Source: Bdellovibrionales bacterium
GTDB taxonomy: Bacteria; Bdellovibrionota; Bdellovibrionia; Bdellovibrionales; UBA1609
Reading direction: 5' to 3'
Assembly (NCBI GenBank): GCA_965261545.1
Contig: CBDHDF010000002.1
Location: 197,080 to 261,079, forward strand
DNA length: 64,000 nt
In this document: positions 30,956 to 40,114 of the stretch, in pieces
How the letters are laid out: every line of letters starts with the position of its first letter
Numbering within the stretch: the first letter of the stretch is position 1
Translations under genes and position numbers: made by a program
Notes under the pieces: generated by a model
Told to the model about the DNA's origin: nothing
Seen by the model: the letters and a program-made list of their open reading frames with translations, nothing else
Databases searched by the model: none

Positions 30956-32868
30956 CCCGAGTTTGACAGCAGCATCTGCGTTAAAATGCGAAATTTCCAG
31001 AAATTGGGGTTGTACTGAAATATAATGGTAGCTGCTGGAAAAATTAAAATTGACGTAAAAAAAGTGTAGAAAACAAAATAGGATTTTATCGTTTTAAATA
31101 TTGATATATCATAGAAATATGTAGAAAATATCCTCATGTACATCCAAACGACTAAAAACTCAAAAGGTCAGTGCTACTACCACCTTGTGGAGTCCTACAG
31201 AGAAAAAGGCAAATCCAAAAAACGCATGCTCATGTCCTTAGGTAAGGCTGGAGAAGGAGGAGAGGATAAGATTAATAGTTTGGCGCAGGCCGTATCCCGC
31301 CACCGAGAGCTTCTCACTGTGAGTCAATTGGCTAAGGAGCTTTACATCGAAGAGACTTTCATTTTGGGTCCCTTGCTGATTTTACAAAAGTTGTTTGATC
31401 AACTGGGTATCAATAAGACCCTCAAAGACATAAAAGATTCTCATGAGAAAGTTCAATTTGATTTATGTAAGGTGATTTTTACCTTAGTTGCCAGCCGATT
31501 TATTGCTCCTAGTTCCAAGTTAAAGGTTTTTGAGTATTGGCAAAAATCTTTTTACCCAGACATGATTAAGGGTGATTTGAGTCTCCAGCATATTTATCGG
31601 TCTATGGACTTACTTGCCTCCCATAAGGATGAAATAGAGAACTCGCTTTATTGGGTGGGGCGAGATTTATTTAATTTCCAAGTAGACATTGTGTTGTATG
31701 ATTTAACAACCTTACGCTTCGAGAGTACAAGAACAGACTTAGGGAAACTTCGTCAATTTGGCTATAGTAAAGAGAGACGATCAGACTGCACCCAAGTTGT
31801 CTTTGGTTTGTTGGTGAATCGGGATGGCATCCCTTTAGGTTTTGAGGTTTTCCCTGGTAATACTTTTGAAGGCAAGACGCTTTCAGATATTGTTGATAAA
31901 ATGAGAAAAAAGTTTAATGTACGCCGTTTCATTTTTGTGGCTGATAGGGGGCTTTTATCAAAGGCTAATACTGACAAACTCAGTGAGGATCAAAGCGAGT
32001 TTATTGTTGGTATGAAGCTTGGATCTTTAAAAAAAGAAAAGAAACAAGAGGTCTATGATTTAAATCGTTTTAGCTGGGTATATGAGAATGAGCTTGCTGT
32101 TTACGAAACAGACCATGGGGGGCATAGATGTATTGTGACTTGGTCTAGGAAAAGAGCAGAGAGAGATAAAAAATCTAGAGAATCCCTTCTTGAAAAGATC
32201 GAAGGAAAACTATCTTCTAAAGGTGTTCAGTCTAGTACTTTTGTTTCCAATAAAGGTTATAAGAAATATGTAAAGATGGCTGACGACAAAAATAAAAAAC
32301 CTGAATTAAATGCAGAACAAATAGAATTAGATGAAAAAATTGATGGTTTTTTTGCCGTCCTTACAAATGTCAAAGACTTGACGGCAGATGAGATTATTAT
32401 CAACTACAAAGAATTGTGGAAAATTGAAGATGCTTTTGGTGAGTTAAAAGGGACTTTGAAAACACGTCCTGTTTTCCATTGGACAGACCAGAGGATTATT
32501 GGACATTTAACTCTATGCTTTTTAACTTATCTTTGTGAGGCCCACCTTACAAAATGTTTAAGAGATAAGAAGATGAACCTAAAAAGCCCAGCCATAGGCA
32601 TTGGTCATGTTAAAGAGCGACCTTTAACTGTTGTAGAGGCCATGAGGGAACTCAAGGAAGTTAGGGCTATCCCTGTTAAAATTCGTGATCAAGTCATTTG
32701 GACCCGCACAGATATCACTGGCAATGCCAACTCCTTATTTAAAGCCGCAGGCGTCCCCATCCCTCCCAGAATCCTTAATGCCCACAAGTGTGGATAAACA
32801 AAATACAACTGTATGCGTTAATCCTTTAATATCATTCGTTTGACGCAGATGCTGCTGTCAAACTCGGG
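30956..32868 (+). mobile_element. IS1634-family element, copy 1 (1913 bp), with 227-bp target duplication
   Basis: IR CCCGAGTTTGACAGCAGCATCTGCGT; 30729-30955 repeated at 32869-33095. Confidence 0.95.
31136..32797 (+). CDS. IS1634-family transposase
   Basis: YYHLVESYR, VLYDLTTLRFES, FGYSKERRSD, FVADRG, YKELWKIEDAF. Confidence 0.95.
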   Translation: MYIQTTKNSKGQCYYHLVESYREKGKSKKRMLMSLGKAGEGGEDKINSLAQAVSRHRELLTVSQLAKELYIEETFILGPLLILQKLFDQLGINKTLKDIKDSHEKVQFDLCKVIFTLVASRFIAPSSKLKVFEYWQKSFYPDMIKGDLSLQHIYRSMDLLASHKDEIENSLYWVGRDLFNFQVDIVLYDLTTLRFESTRTDLGKLRQFGYSKERRSDCTQVVFGLLVNRDGIPLGFEVFPGNTFEGKTLSDIVDKMRKKFNVRRFIFVADRGLLSKANTDKLSEDQSEFIVGMKLGSLKKEKKQEVYDLNRFSWVYENELAVYETDHGGHRCIVTWSRKRAERDKKSRESLLEKIEGKLSSKGVQSSTFVSNKGYKKYVKMADDKNKKPELNAEQIELDEKIDGFFAVLTNVKDLTADEIIINYKELWKIEDAFGELKGTLKTRPVFHWTDQRIIGHLTLCFLTYLCEAHLTKCLRDKKMNLKSPAIGIGHVKERPLTVVEAMRELKEVRAIPVKIRDQVIWTRTDITGNANSLFKAAGVPIPPRILNAHKCG

Positions 32869-33244
32869 AGACCATCTACAGAAAATATAAATACGTCTTT
32901 CAACCCTCGATTTTGCAGCTCAGTCAAAACACTCAACCAAAACTTTGAACCCTCATTTTCAGAAATCCATAGGCCCAACAAGTCTTTCTGACCCTCCTCT
33001 GTAATACCAAGAGCTAGGTAAATCGCCTTATTAATAACTCTCTTGTCTTGATGGACCTTCACCACGATACAGTCCAAAAATACGATAGGGTAAGTGCTAT
33101 CCAAGGGGCGGTTCTGCCAAGCCGTAACTTCATCAATAACAGCATCCGTCACGTTGGCTATCACTGAGTGGGATATCTCTGCACCATGGTAGAGGTCTTT
33201 GATAGCTCCTTGAATATCCCTGGTCGTCATTCCCCTCGCATAGA

Positions 33245-35792
33245 CAATGGCATTCGTTTAGTGAGAGATCCCATTCGGTTAAGGATTTGAACCTCTAACT
33301 CCTCGGGGGTGGGCTAACCCCAAGTTTTTTTCTTTGATCCATGTGATTATCCGTTGGCCATAGCCCCCCTAACCTCTTTACTGGGTCTCCATACTCCGAT
33401 GGGTTTTCTAGAAACTCGGTCGTAATGCCTATTCGGACGTAGCCTTTGTCGGCAGGTCTTCATATTTGTAATGATGCAATTGAGGGTTTTACTAAGCACT
33501 ACCTTTTGTTGAAGAAAAAGACCTTCAATATTTCTTGCAATTGTCAGTAAATTGTTTTTAAAGTTTGTCTGCATGGTTTGTTTTTTACTATGGGATTGAG
33601 ATGTATTAAGACGGTCTTCCGTGTAGTTGGAAAATAATCTTGTCAGAGTGATAAGTGTGAAGTGTGCAAACAATTCTTGTTTGACTCCCCTTTCACTTTG
33701 AGAATGAAACTCTTCAATGGTCATCAGTTCTTTGGATATTTTGTACAGTTCCTCTATACTCCAGCGTCCATGATAGAGATTGGCCAGATCATCAATGGAA
33801 TATTTTTTTTGATCCATTAAGGTTGTTCCTAGAACAAAAGTAGTTTGTCCAATTTTATATTTGACCAAACGCAAAGCGTAGGCTTTGAAGTCGTCTTGTG
33901 GCTTTTTTTTATGTAGTTCTTTCAGAATTTGCTTGCTAGGAATGACTTGGATCACTGAGTCTTTTTGATCATTATTAATAAATTCATCAAAAACAGTGTT
34001 GGCATTTCTCCTTATCCTAAACACCGCATGCAGACTTCGCACCTTATGCTCATGAAGCATTTCGTAGGAATAATAGCCACGATCATAAACCACAACATCG
34101 TTTTCAAACAATTTTTTGAAATGAGTTTGTGCAGCCTTTCTCTCATTGTTATGGGCAAAGAGATCAAAATCCACAGGAATCTTCGACTGTAGTTGGTACA
34201 GGCAACTGACAAGACCTTGAGGGTACCATGCTTTTTCCCATGGTTGCTGATACCCATTATCTACGAGTTGACGTGGTAAATTTATTTTCGATCCATCCAC
34301 TGCGAAAACCTTATGGCCCTTCCATAAGGTACTAGAATTGGATATACCGTCTTGTTTAAGAATTTCATCATGCAAAACTTTAAATATATTTTCATCTACT
34401 TTAGCCCGTGCACTACACATAGTGGATGCCCGAACTGGTTTAGGTTGAGGGAGTTCAATGTCTAATATGCGACACTGCTCCCAAAGTTCAATCAAAGTTG
34501 TATCATAACCTTGTTTTCCTTTAGAGAAAACAAGTCGGAAGATGAAAAGTATAATCAACAATGTATTCAAGACACGTTGACGCTTTTGCCAGGTTCGGTC
34601 GTACTCATCTGCAATGATAACCACTGTCTTGATGATGTTTTGCCAAAGATGCACAAAAGAGTCCTCTAGCATAGGCTCAGCCAAGTTCTTATGTGGCTTG
34701 ATGGTGGGTTTCCCGACGGGTTTAGCGCATTGGGGGCCATTCAATAAGATAGACTGATAATTTTTTGTCAGAGGTTGAACATAAACACCTTTTTGAGTTT
34801 TTCCCTTTACATTTTTGTAGGCACGACTCCCATTTGTTTTGCCCAAATAAAGCCAGTTGGCAGCACGATAGCTCGTGGCATTAAATTTGGTAAGGTCGAC
34901 AAAAGTCTCCATGAGTACAGGTTTGAAAGCATGTTTTAACTCCCAGTCTGTGGGAAGTTGGCGAGTTGCCATAGATAAAGCCATCGAAGCAAGATGGCGA
35001 ACCTTTACCCAGGGAAAGATCAAAAATCGACTATTGTTCACCACTAAATTCAAGTGCTTTTTGTAAGCTCGATTTTGCCAACCGATCCATTCATCACGGC
35101 AAGGCAAAGTGGATGTGCCAGCTTCAAATAAAAGACAACCCAATCTTCGCCCACAATTATCTAGGATGAAATAGCGCAAATGGGGACCAAAGGGACGTCT
35201 GTAATTGAGATAATGATGCCGATCGACAACTTCATTCCATTCCTTAATGGCCTCTTGATCAGTTACGATTTGCAAAGAAAGTGGGGTCAATGAGTCTAGT
35301 TTATCGTTGATGAGAGGCTTTTCATCTGTTCGGTGTGTCCAAGTGATTTTTTTGGAGGGGACACTCCGCTTTGACATGTCTTTTTCTGGCAGGGATAGAA
35401 TGTCAAGTTCCTCTAGCGTCTCAAGCATACGAAGGCACGATTGGATGCGATGATCACCTTTGGGAGTTAGCCAACCAAGATGTTCACAAACTGTATAACC
35501 CAGTTCACGGCGACTTAAAGAAGGAAATAGCGCCACCGTCTTTTGAATGTCGGCAATTTGCTTGCGCGTCAAGCGTCTTCCAAAAAAAGTTGTTGAAGGC
35601 AATGTCTCTATGCGTGGGTCCATTTGAGTCTCTCCCCTTTGGGAATGGTTCAAATATAATGTGACACAACGATGGGGTGGACTCAAGTATTTTTTTTCGG
35701 AAAAAGAAAAAAGATAAAAGCCCCCTTAACTCAGTATGTTAGAGGGAGTCAGAAAAATGTGGAAAAACCTTCTGCAAAAACGAATGCCATTG
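33245..35792 (-). mobile_element. IS4-family element C (DUF4338-fused transposase), copy 1 (2548 bp)
   Basis: IR CAATGGCATTCGTTT; 10-bp TSD CTCGCATAGA; matches 49728-52275. Confidence 0.95.
33347..35686 (-). CDS. DUF4338 (DruA-like) domain fused to IS4 DDE transposase; start may be 35626 (MDPRIE)
   Basis: N-half HHYLNY...LVVNNSRFLIFPW...ETFVD...SYRAANW..LGKT; C-half AVDGSK, YDRGY, YHGRWSIEELYK. Confidence 0.9.
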   Translation of the reverse strand: MSPPHRCVTLYLNHSQRGETQMDPRIETLPSTTFFGRRLTRKQIADIQKTVALFPSLSRRELGYTVCEHLGWLTPKGDHRIQSCLRMLETLEELDILSLPEKDMSKRSVPSKKITWTHRTDEKPLINDKLDSLTPLSLQIVTDQEAIKEWNEVVDRHHYLNYRRPFGPHLRYFILDNCGRRLGCLLFEAGTSTLPCRDEWIGWQNRAYKKHLNLVVNNSRFLIFPWVKVRHLASMALSMATRQLPTDWELKHAFKPVLMETFVDLTKFNATSYRAANWLYLGKTNGSRAYKNVKGKTQKGVYVQPLTKNYQSILLNGPQCAKPVGKPTIKPHKNLAEPMLEDSFVHLWQNIIKTVVIIADEYDRTWQKRQRVLNTLLIILFIFRLVFSKGKQGYDTTLIELWEQCRILDIELPQPKPVRASTMCSARAKVDENIFKVLHDEILKQDGISNSSTLWKGHKVFAVDGSKINLPRQLVDNGYQQPWEKAWYPQGLVSCLYQLQSKIPVDFDLFAHNNERKAAQTHFKKLFENDVVVYDRGYYSYEMLHEHKVRSLHAVFRIRRNANTVFDEFINNDQKDSVIQVIPSKQILKELHKKKPQDDFKAYALRLVKYKIGQTTFVLGTTLMDQKKYSIDDLANLYHGRWSIEELYKISKELMTIEEFHSQSERGVKQELFAHFTLITLTRLFSNYTEDRLNTSQSHSKKQTMQTNFKNNLLTIARNIEGLFLQQKVVLSKTLNCIITNMKTCRQRLRPNRHYDRVSRKPIGVWRPSKEVRGAMANG

Positions 35793-36200
35793 CTCGCATA
35801 GAGGGTCAGAATACTGTCTTCAAAGCCCTCAAGACGAGTCTTGCCTTTGGGAATGACTTGGGGCTCAAAGGAGGCACTTCGGTCACGGGGGACCTGAAGC
35901 TCCACCTCGCCTTTCTCTCCCTTTATGGTCTTTCTACTGTAACCATTGCGAGTGTTGGATTTGCGGGTCTCAGACTTCTCATGCCTCTCATAACCTAGGT
36001 GATCGTCCATTTCCGCATTAAGAGCTGTCTCTAAAACAACCTTCATCAGTTGACCCGTTATGTCGGATAAATCCTTTTGGGTCTTGACGTTCTTCGCTAG
36101 TTCCTTGCCTATTGTCTTGATATCCATTCTGCCTTCTCCTTTCAGGATGATAGTTCATCCTAATATGATTCGGCAGTTACACAAAATAGTTTACAGGCTC

Positions 36201-36287
36201 AAAAAAACTTGGGGTTAGCCCACCCCCGAGGAGTTAGAGGTTCAAATCCTTAACCGAATGGGATCTCTCACTAAACGAATGCCATTG
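36201..36287 (+). mobile_element. 87-bp remnant of the downstream end of IS4 element C
   Basis: Reverse complement of 33245-33331; abuts the IS256 end. Confidence 0.9.
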
Positions 36288-36538
36288 CCCCTCCGGGTCA
36301 TCTTATCACCTTCCAATAATGTTATTGCTTTATCCTTTATTGTATCGGAATCATACATGACAAAAATACAATTAAAAGTCCAGAGTAACTAAAAGAGGCC
36401 AATTATATAGACCAGCGAAGCTGTCCACCGAGTTACTATGAATGTTTTTCGCCTAAAATACTGGATTTATTAGTAAATCCTATTTTAATACACAACATTC
36501 ATGGGCGTGGGTGGGGAAGCAAAGTGCCCCCATGAAGG

Positions 36539-37528
36539 TTACTTTTTAACAAACAACAAACTTAAAAACTCTGAGTCAGAAGAAAGTATAAATTGTGTAT
36601 CCTCTTTTAATGAAACTCTATAGGCCTCTAGCGTACGTAAGAACTCATAAAAACTAGGGTTCTGTGAAAGTGACCTTGCATAGATGGCAGTGGCCTTAGC
36701 CTCTCCGCGGCCCTTTATTAATTGGGCATTCTTATAGCCCTCAGATTCAATCTTTTGTAAGTCCTGACTTAAGCGGCCTTCAATTTTAGCTTTTTCAGCT
36801 TTGCCAAAAGATCTTATTTTTTCAGCAATTCTTTTACGTTCGGAAATCATTCTTTCATAGACTTTGGCTTCTACAGATTTTTCATATGAAATTCTTCGAA
36901 GTTGAACATCGATAATTCGAATCCCGTACTTCTGAGTTTCTTTATCAGCGCTTTCTGCAATGATTTGGCTGAGCTTTTCGCGCCCAACACTAATCTTTTC
37001 AATTTCACCAGTGACTTCTTCTTCTACAATTTCGCCTCGGGCTTCTTTTTCTGCAGTTTCTTTTTTGGTTATTTCAATTCTATCTAAAATCGAATTAGAA
37101 TTTCGAACAGCTTCGACTAAAAAGTGATTTGAAATCGTATCACGGGTGATACCATCGAGAACAGCATCTAATCGAGTGATCGCGCCACGCTCGTCTTGAA
37201 CGGTTTGAATAAATTTTAAGGCATCAACAATTCTCCAGCGGGCTGTGGTGTCCACTCGAATAAATTTTTTATCTTTAGTTGGGATTTCATTGGGGTCACC
37301 ATCCCAAGTCAAAATGCGTTTATCTACATATCGAATATCCTGAATAAGAGGGAGTTTAAAGTGAAGCCCTGCGCTTGTAACGGGTTTTCCAACGGGGCGG
37401 CCAAACTGTGTTTTAATGGCTTGCTGGCCTTCTGTTACAATAAAGGCTGAGGAAAAAGTAGCGAGAAGAATTACTACAAAGATACTAACTGATATAATTT
37501 GCTTCATATTAAGATCCTTATTTAACAA
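36539..37528 (-). CDS. hflC: Protease modulator HflC
   Basis: SPFH domain; TKDKKFIRVD, RMISERKRIAEKIRSFG, PSFYEFLRTLEAY. Confidence 0.94.
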   Translation of the reverse strand: MLNKDLNMKQIISVSIFVVILLATFSSAFIVTEGQQAIKTQFGRPVGKPVTSAGLHFKLPLIQDIRYVDKRILTWDGDPNEIPTKDKKFIRVDTTARWRIVDALKFIQTVQDERGAITRLDAVLDGITRDTISNHFLVEAVRNSNSILDRIEITKKETAEKEARGEIVEEEVTGEIEKISVGREKLSQIIAESADKETQKYGIRIIDVQLRRISYEKSVEAKVYERMISERKRIAEKIRSFGKAEKAKIEGRLSQDLQKIESEGYKNAQLIKGRGEAKATAIYARSLSQNPSFYEFLRTLEAYRVSLKEDTQFILSSDSEFLSLLFVKK

Positions 37529-38567
37529 CCGTATCTGATACAGTCTTACTATTAGAGAAAATAGGCATTATCCCTTTTACTTTGGAATCGACGATAGTGA
37601 CCTTATTAAAACGTTTAAAGATATGTTCCATGGTTTCAATGTATAGTCGTTTTCTAGTAATTGATGGGGCTAGCCGATATTCCTTTAAAACAGCAGTGAA
37701 TTTTTTAGCATCACCTGTTGCTCTATTAATCAATGCGGCTGAGTAACCTTTTGCTTCGGAGACAGTTTTCTCTGCCTTACCTCGGGCTTCTGGAATAACT
37801 TTATTATATGCTTCTTCAGCTTGGTTAATTGATTTTTCCTGCTCTTGTTTTGCAGAAACCACTTCGTTGAAAGAAGGTTTTACAATTTCAGGAGGATTAA
37901 TATCTTGCAGCTTAACGGCCACGACTCGGATTCCAAGATCATATTTATCTAAAACTTCCTGCATTAAAACTTTGGCATCTGACGCCATTTCAAGACGGCC
38001 TGTTGTTAGTACCTCTGTAACTACTCGGTCTCCTACAACTCGCCTAAGTATAGACTCGGAAACATCTCTGAGGTTTCGGACAGGTTGACTGGCTTGAAAT
38101 AAATATTTAAATGGGTCTGCTATTTGGTAGTGTACGACCCACTCAACATCGGCCACATTTAAATCACCTGTAAGCATTGATGATTCACTTTTCAGATTAC
38201 CTTTAGAATAGGTTGTGCGTTCGTAGGATGAAGAACTCTCAGTTCGAAATCCAAATTCAGCCTGATGGACTAATTTTGTTTTGAGTTTCTCTAAGCGATC
38301 AATGCCGTAGGGTAGTTTAAAGTGGAGTCCCGGAGGATATGTGCCTTGATATTTACCTAAACGTATAATCACAGCTTCTTCATCGGGCTGCACTGTATAG
38401 ATTGCGCTATAAGCTCCTGCAAGGGCGAGTAGGATCAAAAGACCATACAAACCAAATTTAGGATTGCTTGAGAAAGATTTTTTGAATTTATCAAACCTAA
38501 GCAAAAAATCTGCGAAGACTTCTTCTGGTGTCTGTGGTGGCCTGCGGCCACCGTTGTGTATATCCAT
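37518..38567 (-). CDS. hflK: Protease modulator HflK
   Basis: MLTGDLNVADVEWVVHYQI, DINPPEIVKPSFNEV, YNKVIPEARG, RLYIETME; overlaps hflC. Confidence 0.94.
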   Translation of the reverse strand: MDIHNGGRRPPQTPEEVFADFLLRFDKFKKSFSSNPKFGLYGLLILLALAGAYSAIYTVQPDEEAVIIRLGKYQGTYPPGLHFKLPYGIDRLEKLKTKLVHQAEFGFRTESSSSYERTTYSKGNLKSESSMLTGDLNVADVEWVVHYQIADPFKYLFQASQPVRNLRDVSESILRRVVGDRVVTEVLTTGRLEMASDAKVLMQEVLDKYDLGIRVVAVKLQDINPPEIVKPSFNEVVSAKQEQEKSINQAEEAYNKVIPEARGKAEKTVSEAKGYSAALINRATGDAKKFTAVLKEYRLAPSITRKRLYIETMEHIFKRFNKVTIVDSKVKGIMPIFSNSKTVSDTVVK

Positions 38568-39017
38568 AGGTATGGATTACCAGCCTACAGCAGACTTACA
38601 AGTGAAATACTTAAAGTGTTGTCAATCCACGCAATATGTATGGGTAAATATAACGCATCAAATTATTTTGAAAAATCTCATCTTGATTGTAGGCCTTATG
38701 AGTCCCAGAGATGGAACTGGAGTCAGAACTCCCAAGCCCCCACCAGAGTTAGAGTTGAAGCCAAGATGCGCCGCATCCTAATTGGTGACAAATGGAACTT
38801 GCATCGACTCATGAACGTTGTCCCATGGAGTCTTAAAGAATTTTTGGTTTACAACATCAATGCTGGATTTTGTTTTGACGGAAAGGTGGATGTAGACTCA
38901 GATGCCGATGGCATATGTGATCGCGATGAAATGACCATGAACAATTTGTATGCCGAAGAGTTAAAACAAGAGGGAAAAAGCTTTGATCCCACCAATCGCT
39001 TTCATAGAATCCTCTGA
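38556..39017 (+). pseudogene. Probable fragment of a surface protein with a calcium-binding DxDxDG repeat
   Basis: VDSDADGICDRDE motif in the 3' half; 5' part overlaps the hflK start and looks spurious. Confidence 0.4.
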
Positions 39018-40114
39018 AAAAGATTTCGTAGACTTTTGCTTAAGTATCGGCTTGAATATTGATAGTCCTATATCGCTACCAAGGAGGGTTCGTTATGTCG
39101 CATCAAAAGCTTCTCTATGAAATCAGTGGGGGTGAGCTGTTACATAGAAAGAATATATTTCTCGATAAACCTATAAACTATGTAGGCTACACTTTGAAAA
39201 GATCCATTGTTTTGCTGATGTTTAGTTCTTTACTACAAGCAAGTGCTTCAAGTGCTTTGACCTCTTCCATGAGGTGGACCCCAATGTCAGACTGAAAAAC
39301 TTGATTTTTAAGCTACACCACAGCGCACAAAGAAGCCCCGTGTTAATGTGTTAAAGGCACCTCTCCCATATACACCTGATAAGGGGTGTAATCCTGAAGA
39401 GACTGGTGTGGCCTTTTATTATTATAAAAATTAAAATACGTTTTAAAACCTTTGTTGGCTTGAACCATTGATTTGTCTTGATAGCCTTTCAAGTACACCT
39501 CTTCGTACTTAACAGACCGCCAAAGCCGCTCGATCATGATGTTGTCTAAACACCTGCCTTTGCCGTCCATACTGATAGAAATTCCATGGCTTTTCAACAA
39601 TTTTGTGAAAACCTCAGAAGTGAATTGGCACCCTTGATCGGTATTGACAATATCAGGGCAACGTGTGCCACGAAGTCACGGAGGTGACATGCTGATGTGA
39701 AGATGGAGGTAGGTCCTCCGCACTCGGATTTCAGGATTTGAGTGCAAACAACCTTGCTGCTGCATGGGAGGCAAGGCCCTTGTAGTGAGCGAGCAAGGAA
39801 AAGGCCGTAGTAAACGGTCATGTAAGTACTAGGGAGATGAGCGAAAGCAAACCCACCGACGACGCATCGAAAGATTAACAGTCGCGTCAAAACCGAAGGA
39901 AGGTTGTCTCCGTCGGGATAAGTCTAGAGGAAGCCTGATGACCGATCTAGACGGCGTGCGGTGTATAGGGGGCATGAACCTAGTACAGGCTTCGTATCGG
40001 AACGTGGGAACCTGCTGGTGGATGATAAGGGAAACGCTATAAGGGAGACCCCCGAAGTGCTAAATACCGATGCCACCAACCAGGGGCAGAGTGATTCGTA
40101 GTAGTGATGAAGTT

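Larger units (their letters stand above)
30227..36127 (-). pseudogene. IS256 transposase split twice
   Basis: Pieces 35793-36127, 32869-33244 and 30227-30955 match 56284-57486. Confidence 0.92.
29677..36200 (-). mobile_element. IS256-family element, copy 1, with nested IS1634 and DUF4338-IS4
   Basis: Ends GGGACTGTAAAAATAATTGTGTAACTGC and GCAGTTACACAAAATAGTTTACAGGCTC; matches 55737-57559; no TSD. Confidence 0.93.

Noticed and set aside
33245-33331. GGTTCAAATCC motif (also 36201-36287, 49728-49814) as a tRNA gene
   Set aside because: No acceptor stem, D-arm or anticodon arm could be folded; kept only as a structured-end finding.
39594-39890. Duplicated ORFs MTRLLIFR... (also 48539-48799) and 41999-42196, 42376-42660, 48979-49161
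   Set aside because: They lie on group II intron RNA sequence; duplication reflects the intron copies, not a protein.
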